Shown here: piece by piece, positions 8,057 through 14,626 of the stretch
Position numbering within the stretch: position 1 is the first letter of the stretch
How the letters are laid out: each line of letters begins with the position of its first letter
Source of the DNA: an uncultured virus (IMG/VR IMGVR_UViG_3300029705_003235)
Lineage: Duplodnaviria > Heunggongvirae > Uroviricota > Caudoviricetes
Virus record (IMG/VR): IMGVR_UViG_3300029705_003235
Direction: 5' to 3' (one strand)
Length of the DNA: 20,000 bases
Notes under the pieces: generated by a model
Told to the model about the DNA's origin: nothing
The model's input: the letters and a program-made list of their open reading frames with translations, nothing else
The model's database searches: none
Made by a program: the position numbers and the translations under genes

Positions 8057-9298
8057 CTAACGATACATCATGCCCGGCATCGTTATTTCATGAGCACTGT
8101 GGTTCGGCATTTTTAAATCACCCATAAGGGATGCTGAAAACACAGAGTGTTTTCCAAATCTTCTGCGGATTTCTTCTATGGTATTATCAATAGTTTCCCT
8201 CCGCATTCTTTTTTCGTGGTCAGTAAATAAGTCAAGCTGAATTGCTGTATTCTTATCTTTTAAATTAATAGCACGAACCGTAACAGCTCTTACCGGGACA
8301 CTCCATGTGTAGTTTCTTTTAAATAAGTCGTGTGCTGCTTGAGCTATTTCTAAAGGACTCTGGGTCGGAAGTCCAAGTTGACACTGAAACTGCTTGTAAT
8401 ACAGTTCACTATTTTTAACCGAAATTTGCACACCGTTTGCGGTTAAGTTATGTACTCGCAGTTTGTGTCCGAGGTCTTGGCATAGTTCAAGCATTACACG
8501 CCATACCTCTGTGTTGTTTTCAAGGTCTGCTGTGCAGGTGATTCCGTGACCGATTGTCTTAACGGGTGAAACAAAATCCTTCTGCATTACACGAGAATTA
8601 TCTGTGCCATTGGCATAGTGCCATAGTGCAAGACCATTGACACCGAACCAACTTTTGAGAAATTGTGGACTCACCGAGGCAAGCTGACCGATTGTGTGTA
8701 TGCCATATTTTTCGAGCTTTGCTGTTGTGGCTCGTCCGACATACAAAAGTTCCGAAGCCGGGAGTGTCCATACTTTACTTTCAACATCGGCTTCTGAAAT
8801 AACAGTCACAGCATCCGGCTTTTTCATATCCGAGCCAAGCTTGGCAAATATCTTATTATATGAAACTCCGATGCTTACTGTCAGTCCGAGTTCTTCTTTC
8901 ATTGCTTTTCTTATTTCCTGTGCGATTTTTTCGCCTGATCCATGTATGCGAGAAGAACAAGAAACATCAAGCCAACATTCATCCATTCCGAAAGGTTCAA
9001 CCAAATCTGTATAACGATAATATATCTCGTGTGCAAGTTTTGAATATTTGAGATACTGGTCATATTGGGGAGGAACAAGAATCAGGTCGGGGCATAACCT
9101 TTGAGCCTCCCAATTAACCATCCCTGTTTTTACGCCTGCCTTTTTTGCTTTCTCCGATTTTGCAAGAACAATACCATGCCTGTCCTCGGTTGCACCACAG
9201 ACCGCCACAGCTTTTCCTCTTAATTCAGGATTCAGCATCATTTCAACGGATGCATAGAAACAGTTCATATCACTATGAAGTATTGATGTGTCTTTCAT
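8057..9298 (-). CDS. dinB: Y-family DNA polymerase IV (DinB-like)
   Basis: ILHSDMNCFYASVE, AKKAGVKTGM, EPFGMDECWLD, SIGVSYNKIFAKLGSDMKKPD, clamp-binding-like QLDLF; start at ATG 9298 after SD GAAAGGAGGT. Confidence 0.93.
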   Translation of the reverse strand: MKDTSILHSDMNCFYASVEMMLNPELRGKAVAVCGATEDRHGIVLAKSEKAKKAGVKTGMVNWEAQRLCPDLILVPPQYDQYLKYSKLAHEIYYRYTDLVEPFGMDECWLDVSCSSRIHGSGEKIAQEIRKAMKEELGLTVSIGVSYNKIFAKLGSDMKKPDAVTVISEADVESKVWTLPASELLYVGRATTAKLEKYGIHTIGQLASVSPQFLKSWFGVNGLALWHYANGTDNSRVMQKDFVSPVKTIGHGITCTADLENNTEVWRVMLELCQDLGHKLRVHNLTANGVQISVKNSELYYKQFQCQLGLPTQSPLEIAQAAHDLFKRNYTWSVPVRAVTVRAINLKDKNTAIQLDLFTDHEKRMRRETIDNTIEEIRRRFGKHSVFSASLMGDLKMPNHSAHEITMPGMMYR

Positions 9299-9358
9299 GG
9301 TAGTATGACCTCCTTTCAAATTTAATTGAAGTTTTTAGAACTTTTTTGAAGTTTTCTA

Positions 9359-9387
9359 TTGACAAATTGGAAGTTCTGCTATATAAT
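9359..9387 (+). promoter_or_regulatory. Consensus sigma-A promoter for the XRE-ImmA operon
   Basis: TTGACA (9359-9364), 17 nt, TATAAT (9382-9387). Confidence 0.8.
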
Positions 9388-9417
9388 TAACTTGCAACTT
9401 CGATAAACTTCATATCT

Positions 9418-9446
9418 ATATTAGCACCTTTTAGAAGTTTTGTCAA
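9418..9446 (-). promoter_or_regulatory. Sigma-A promoter for dinB
   Basis: Minus strand TTGACA (9446-9441), 17 nt, TG-extended TAATAT (9423-9418). Confidence 0.7.
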
Positions 9447-9496
9447 TAGAAAATTAGAAGTTTTTAGAAGTTTTACACTTTTTACAAAAGGAGTGC

Positions 9497-9946
9497 ATGA
9501 TTAAAATGAAGTCTTTAGCAGAAAAAATAAGTGATGCAAGATATGCATTGGGAATCTCCCAGACAGAGTTAGGAGAAAATGTAGGAGTATCTTTGCGTTC
9601 CATCCTTGCTTATGAAAAGGGTGAATCAACACCCCGAAAGAATATAATTCTGAAATTAGCAAAGGTTCTGGGCGTTTCTGTAAAATATCTTACAGATGAA
9701 AATTGCGAGAACCCCATTGAGGATATTGAAAAGGATGGATACATAGATGAGGTTCGTGAACGCTACGGAGCTAAAGGTGCTCGTGACCTTAACACCCTCA
9801 TCAGCGAAAACTGTGCTTTGTTTGCAGGTGGTGAATTGACCTCTGAAGAAAAGGATGTATTCTTTGAAGCATTAACAAAGGCGTACATTGCTTGTAAAGA
9901 AGAGGCAAGGGAAAAATTCACTCCCAAATCAAAGAAAAACGAGTAA
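9497..9946 (+). CDS. XRE-family repressor (ImmR-like)
   Basis: SQTELGENVGVSLRSILAYEKG..P....LKLAKVLGVSVKYL; C-terminal LFAGGEL...AREKFTPK; directly upstream of an ImmA-type peptidase. Start may be 9506. Confidence 0.88.
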   Translation: MIKMKSLAEKISDARYALGISQTELGENVGVSLRSILAYEKGESTPRKNIILKLAKVLGVSVKYLTDENCENPIEDIEKDGYIDEVRERYGAKGARDLNTLISENCALFAGGELTSEEKDVFFEALTKAYIACKEEAREKFTPKSKKNE

Positions 9947-10014
9947 CATCTCGCAGTCCGTTTTTTGGGACAGTAGTTTGTGATAAAATAAATAATGGAA
10001 GCGAGGTGTTTCTT

Positions 10015-10584
10015 TTGTATAATAGCTTTGACTTTATTTGCAACGAGGCTGAAAAGCTGAAAGCAAAGTATGATGAAACTAATCCCTTCAAGTTGGCTCG
10101 TCAAATGGGCATCAATGTTTTATATGCTCCTATGGGTAAAAACATCGAGAGCTGCAAGGGGTTTTACCTCACGCATAGCCGTATTCGTACTATGACAATC
10201 AATTCAGATTTGTCCAGTGAATTTCAGAGAATTATATGTTCACATGAACTCGGTCATGCTGTGCTACATAATAAACAAGCCGGAGTAAAAGCATTTCATG
10301 ACTTCGGTCTATTTGATACTGCCTCTACATTTGAATATGAGGCTAATATGTTCGCTGCAGAAATACTACTCGAAGATGATGATGTGCTTGACCGATTAAA
10401 TGATGATTTATCATTCTTCCAAGCTGCAGCAGAACTCAATGTTCCGGCAGAAATCTTGGACTTTAAGTTCAGAACCATGAAATGGAAAGGCTACAAGGTA
10501 AGAGAAGCACCACTTTTGACACCGGGTAATTGGCTGAAGAATGCAGCCGATGGCGGATGCCCGGATGACTTTTATGGTGCATAG
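10015..10584 (+). CDS. ImmA/IrrE family zinc metallopeptidase (anti-repressor)
   Basis: CSHELGHAVLH (HExxH) and EYEANMFAAEILL. TTG 10015 follows a GAGGTG SD (the track start GTG 10006 lies inside the SD). Confidence 0.9.
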   Translation: MYNSFDFICNEAEKLKAKYDETNPFKLARQMGINVLYAPMGKNIESCKGFYLTHSRIRTMTINSDLSSEFQRIICSHELGHAVLHNKQAGVKAFHDFGLFDTASTFEYEANMFAAEILLEDDDVLDRLNDDLSFFQAAAELNVPAEILDFKFRTMKWKGYKVREAPLLTPGNWLKNAADGGCPDDFYGA

Positions 10585-10596
10585 GAGGGATTTTTT

Positions 10597-10788
10597 ATGA
10601 TTGCGACAGATGTACTTGTAAAAAAGTTTGACAATGTTTACCCAGTGAAATTTGGTAAACTGAAAATGTTGAAGGCAGATGGTTCGTTTGAAGAAACAAC
10701 CGTTTTTGATATAGATTACGATGAAGCGGAAATAATCCGTGGAACAATGACACCTGCCGAATTAGAAAGGCAAAGGTCAATCTTATGA
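10597..10788 (+). CDS. Small hypothetical protein
   Basis: 63 aa, GGAGGG SD, stop overlaps the next ATG (ATGA). Confidence 0.6.
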   Translation: MIATDVLVKKFDNVYPVKFGKLKMLKADGSFEETTVFDIDYDEAEIIRGTMTPAELERQRSIL

Positions 10789-11054
10789 ATATAAAGGTTT
10801 ATGTGGAGGTCAATGCTTCCTTCGGTGAAGATGGGCAAATGCTGCCGAAGTCACTCATTTGGGAAGATGGGACAACCTACAATATTGATAAAGTAACAGA
10901 CATCAGACAAGCTGCCGCAATGAAAGCCGGGGGTCAAGGTGACCGCTACACGATAATTATAAACGGAAAGCAAAGCTATCTGTTTTTTGAAAGGTCGACA
11001 AATCTGTCCGGCAATATAATTGGACGATGGTTTGTGGAGAGGAAGATAGCCTAA
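10785..11054 (+). CDS. Small beta-rich hypothetical protein of a type I recall next to clostridial dinB genes
   Basis: KVYVEV.A.F..DG.M.P....WEDG..Y.ID.V...R.AA..KAGG.G.RY......K..YLF.E pattern; translationally coupled. Confidence 0.7.
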   Translation: MNIKVYVEVNASFGEDGQMLPKSLIWEDGTTYNIDKVTDIRQAAAMKAGGQGDRYTIIINGKQSYLFFERSTNLSGNIIGRWFVERKIA

Positions 11055-11072
11055 TACGGAGGAGAGAAAATT

Positions 11073-12278
11073 ATGGGATTATTTGATATATTTAAGAAAA
11101 AAATATCTGCGGTAATAGAACCAAAAGTGGAACAAGAATCCACACAGCAAATTGAAAAGAATACACCCAAACCAACAATAATTAAAAAAGAAATAATTGC
11201 AAATAATCAGGGAGTTGAATTTTCTGTTGAGGTTGAAGGGCCCCCTCCGCTTGAAGAACTTCTGAAAACAGCTGTTGCGAGTAAGCAAGGGCTGTATCCG
11301 CATGAAATTATTATGTTAGAGTATGCTCCATCATATAAAACAGCAAATAATTCATTTCAGCAATTTTGGTTTTATCAATACTCTGTTAAAGAACCGCAGA
11401 AAATTTTGGATTCGTTGTTTGATAGAGGCTTTATAAAAATCGGAGACCTTAAATCGGCTCTTGAAAAATTAAAACTTCCCGAAATTAAAGACGAGCTAAA
11501 AGCGATTGAACAGAAAGTAACTGGTAAAAAAGCTGAACTTATAGACCGACTTCTTGAAAATGCAGATAAAGAATATCTTGAAAAGAAATACTCGGAGCGG
11601 TATTTTGCGTTAACAGAAAAAGGAGAATCCGAGCTTAAGGACAATGAATATGTGAGCTATTTGCATAGAAATAGAGTTATGACTGTTTGGGAGATGAACC
11701 AGAGGATATCTCAAACACACTATCCGTATCGTGATGTGCTTTGGGGATATTTCAACGAACAAAGCACGTTGCATTTTCAAAATTTTGATTTCGGACTTTA
11801 TCGTAATACCCGGTTGAATATGTATCGTTTTCTTATGGAGGAGAATAAACCGAAAACTGCTTTTCAAATGTTATGCGAAGTTATGTCCTTCGATTTGAGT
11901 GGCTTGGGAAATAGCGAAAAATCAATGTTCAAGTGGGAACAATCAGACCCTGAATTTTATTTGGAAATGTATAAGTCAAGAATTGAACAATTCTTTCCTT
12001 ACGATGAAGAAAAACTAATTATACCTCCGGCTGTTTTAGGATGGGCTGCAGAACTGCAAGAAACACTGGGATTTGATGATAATGAATTCAAGAAAGAAAT
12101 GCTTGAATCATTTGAAAAGGTTCATCCACCCCGTAGAATCTTTACCGATGAGGAATGTGCAAATATTGTAATTGCATCTATACATGAAGATACAAATTCC
12201 TTATCAGCTATATTCAAAAAAGTCGAAATTCGTGAGAATGCAAAAATTAAGGAAATTGAAGCAAGAATACAAAAATGA
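11073..12278 (+). CDS. SAP-motif-containing hypothetical protein
   Basis: LEKLKLPEIKDELKAIEQKVTGKKAELIDRLLEN (~11460-11561) fits the SAP helix-extended-helix consensus; MGLFDIFKKK N-terminus; GGAGG SD. Confidence 0.75.
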   Translation: MGLFDIFKKKISAVIEPKVEQESTQQIEKNTPKPTIIKKEIIANNQGVEFSVEVEGPPPLEELLKTAVASKQGLYPHEIIMLEYAPSYKTANNSFQQFWFYQYSVKEPQKILDSLFDRGFIKIGDLKSALEKLKLPEIKDELKAIEQKVTGKKAELIDRLLENADKEYLEKKYSERYFALTEKGESELKDNEYVSYLHRNRVMTVWEMNQRISQTHYPYRDVLWGYFNEQSTLHFQNFDFGLYRNTRLNMYRFLMEENKPKTAFQMLCEVMSFDLSGLGNSEKSMFKWEQSDPEFYLEMYKSRIEQFFPYDEEKLIIPPAVLGWAAELQETLGFDDNEFKKEMLESFEKVHPPRRIFTDEECANIVIASIHEDTNSLSAIFKKVEIRENAKIKEIEARIQK

Positions 12279-12745
12279 CAAATAAGGAAATTAGCATGAT
12301 ACAAAAAATACAAATCATATCAAATAACATCTGTTACGGGCCCCCACCAGATAACGGGACAGAGGTGGAACAACATTTCACAGTATCAACAAGTGGTCGT
12401 ATTTGGTTCAACGGATACAATTTTATAGGCGGTTTTAATAACTATGAAAGAGGTCGCTCAATCCAAATGAGCATCGGCAAGGAAAATGCAAAGACCATAC
12501 TTGATTTGATTGAAAAACACTTGGAATCCGATGTTCTGATAATGGCTACGGATTGTGGCTCGTGGGATTTAAAGGTTACCGCCTCGGACGGAAATACAAC
12601 CGAGAGAAGAGGCTCTCTTATAGATGAAATCTATGCCGGAAACACACCAATCTCCAAAACAATAAGAAGTATAGTTTCAATTGAAGATATGTTTTTGTTT
12701 GATGGAAATTACCCGGAAGATGAGGTGTTGGACGATGACGAATAA
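12275..12745 (+). CDS. Hypothetical protein
   Basis: 156-aa ORF, ATGA-coupled to the SAP gene; distinctive segments SNNICYGP, EVEQH, ATDCGSWDL. Confidence 0.7.
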   Translation: MTNKEISMIQKIQIISNNICYGPPPDNGTEVEQHFTVSTSGRIWFNGYNFIGGFNNYERGRSIQMSIGKENAKTILDLIEKHLESDVLIMATDCGSWDLKVTASDGNTTERRGSLIDEIYAGNTPISKTIRSIVSIEDMFLFDGNYPEDEVLDDDE

Positions 12746-13118
12746 AGAAAAACTACATCTCTTGAAAGCGGTGCCACCGAAACCTTGCTGCTTAGCGGAT
12801 TACTATTACAAGTTGCTTGAAAATATGTGTTCAATGAAAAATGACTACGGAGATTATATGACCACCGAACCGATAAATTGCGATGAAGAGCTGAAGCGAA
12901 CTGCAACCGCAGATTGGGATTTGTGCTGTGCATTACTCACGATGCTCCTTCGAGAAGACCACTTTGCACAGTATGGTTGCTTTGATAGCAGAGTTGAAAA
13001 AGGTGATGTTCAAATAATCATTGACAGAATGATTGCGGTTTTGGAAAAGAAAGAAGCAGAAATTAAAAGACGGCTTTCCGGGAGGGCAGCCGAATATTTG
13101 ATGTTTATGGACGATTAA
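12735..13118 (+). CDS. Hypothetical protein, tentatively DUF6508-like
   Basis: Start reassigned to ATG 12735 (GAGGTG SD at 12722); motif CCALLTMLLREDHF..G.....VEKG.V..II.RM. Confidence 0.6.
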   Translation: MTNKEKLHLLKAVPPKPCCLADYYYKLLENMCSMKNDYGDYMTTEPINCDEELKRTATADWDLCCALLTMLLREDHFAQYGCFDSRVEKGDVQIIIDRMIAVLEKKEAEIKRRLSGRAAEYLMFMDD

Positions 13119-13157
13119 AAAAACCTCGCTTGATAGTGATTATCAAGCGAGGTTTTT
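13119..13157. terminator. Bidirectional intrinsic terminator
   Basis: AAAAACCTCGCTTGATA-GTGAT-TATCAAGCGAGGTTTTT, perfect 17-bp inverted repeat between convergent operons. Confidence 0.92.
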
Positions 13158-13159
13158 AC

Positions 13160-14626
13160 TTATAGGTTAAGTAATGTAATATCCAATTTCTGACCGTGCA
13201 AGTATAGCTCATAGGCTTTTTTTGCCGGAATAAACCGATTCTGAATAGGTTCTAATCCAAGGCTACCAAGCATATCCATTTCTACTTGACCTTTGGGTAT
13301 ATAGTTATCCTGCTGTGTCGGCATAAGAAAACAGTTCTTTACAATACTAAATTTGTGTTCCTGTATGAACCGCTGATATGCCAATTGATATAAGTATTGT
13401 TTTGTGACAGATTCAAGACCGGGTTGTCCACGGAGAGGTTTGTTACTCTCTAATTGCATATTGTAATACTTGGCATCAAAAATGATGAAGTAGCTTTGAC
13501 CGTTTGCTGAGCCAACTGAAATCAAATCAGGAATTAAAGTATCCGCTTCCCGTGTGAATAGAGTTCCATTTTTATCTTTATCCGACCATATCGGCTTGTC
13601 GATGAGTGTTTCGAGTGCCTGTGTACGGTCATACTTTTCAAGTAGAGGATTTGGTAACTTCAAAGAACCAAGCGGAGTCTTGAGCTGATTATTCAAGATT
13701 TCAGCACATACATTTTCCCATACCAAATTGAAACTGTTTGTGCCGAATAGGCTGAAGCAATCAGTGTCATCCAAATTACTGCTATGGTCTATGTAAGCAT
13801 ACATTGTTTTCAACACGAGCTGTTTGCGAGTATTGAACTGAACATTAAGTTCATTCTGAATACGATATAGGATGTACTCTTTTTCACCGAAATCGTCAAG
13901 TTCCTCATCTGAAAGGTCAACGGGGTCAATGTCAAACAAGTCAGTCAAGTCGCAAGCTTCGAGTTCTTTTGAACACTTTGTGAGGATACAATCGTGAAGT
14001 CTTTTGAAATAGTCGTATTCATCGTTTACACGCTTCCTTGTGAGCAATTCAGGATAATAGGGTCTGTTGTTGCTCAAAAGAGTAAAGGTCTCATTGATGG
14101 TTTTATCCCAAAGAATATCTCCGGCTCCGTTGCTTTCAATGATGTCTTCGGTGTTGGAATAAGAGCCGTATTCATAATAATCTTGCAAAAGGAACATTAT
14201 TACTGCGAGGAGGTTAAAAGCGGTACTTTCCATATTATCGTTATACATTCTGATAATTTGGTTTTTGGTATTGTAACGCTCAATTACACGAAGCACCTGC
14301 TTGAGTTCTTCTTTCGGTTCTTTTGCATCAAGAAGATATTTTGGGTAGCATTTTATAACACAGCCGGACACAGCTACAACCCCAACAAAAGTGAATACAT
14401 AAAGGTACTCGTTTTCACCAACTTCAACATCCGCAATCTCAATATCTTCATCGATAAGGTCGGTGAGGTCTTTTTGTTGTTCAGAATACTTGACCGCTTT
14501 AAGAATGCCGTACTCCTTGAGTGCCTTAAGAATAGACACCGTTTTTTCTTCTGAAAGACCGAATATCTTTGTCAGCTCATCTTGGGTATAGCGTTTCTGT
14601 TCACGGACATATCTTTTTGGTTTCAT
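13160..14626 (-). CDS. LlaJI-family / McrC-like restriction endonuclease subunit
   Basis: C-terminal PD-(D/E)XK motif LIPDL...IIFDAKYY...TKQYLYQLAY; G.ILWDKTI; ATGA-coupled to the McrB-like gene. Confidence 0.88.
   Translation of the reverse strand: MKPKRYVREQKRYTQDELTKIFGLSEEKTVSILKALKEYGILKAVKYSEQQKDLTDLIDEDIEIADVEVGENEYLYVFTFVGVVAVSGCVIKCYPKYLLDAKEPKEELKQVLRVIERYNTKNQIIRMYNDNMESTAFNLLAVIMFLLQDYYEYGSYSNTEDIIESNGAGDILWDKTINETFTLLSNNRPYYPELLTRKRVNDEYDYFKRLHDCILTKCSKELEACDLTDLFDIDPVDLSDEELDDFGEKEYILYRIQNELNVQFNTRKQLVLKTMYAYIDHSSNLDDTDCFSLFGTNSFNLVWENVCAEILNNQLKTPLGSLKLPNPLLEKYDRTQALETLIDKPIWSDKDKNGTLFTREADTLIPDLISVGSANGQSYFIIFDAKYYNMQLESNKPLRGQPGLESVTKQYLYQLAYQRFIQEHKFSIVKNCFLMPTQQDNYIPKGQVEMDMLGSLGLEPIQNRFIPAKKAYELYLHGQKLDITLLNL

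Larger units (their letters stand above)
9328..9474. repeat. GAAGTT repeat array (candidate operators) plus a 15-bp perfect inverted repeat
   Basis: GAAGTT at 9328, 9348, 9370, 9434, 9457, 9467; reverse copies (AACTTC) at 9396 and 9406; variant GAACTT at 9338; IR TTTTCTATTGACAAA (9352-9366) / TTTGTCAATAGAAAA (9439-9453). Confidence 0.85.
1..13118. mobile_element. Prophage / phage-like integrated element (replication, regulatory and accessory modules); boundaries not visible and the element may extend over the R-M operon
   Basis: Gene order sigma-like factor, DUF2800, DUF2815, PolA, DUF4406-like, VirE is typical of Firmicutes temperate phages; XRE and ImmA regulators present. No integrase or att site seen. 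Confidence 0.75.

Noticed and set aside
9328..9474. Repeat array as CRISPR, replication iterons or LexA boxes
   Set aside because: Units are only 6-11 bp with no unique spacers, no Rep gene is adjacent, and I found no perfect GAAC-N4-GTTC Firmicutes SOS box; operators for the adjacent XRE fit better.
9947..10002. Short GTCC...GGAC stem and possible internal extended -10 (TGATAAAAT) before immA
   Set aside because: The stem is too short and there is no convincing -35; not distinguishable from chance in AT-rich DNA.
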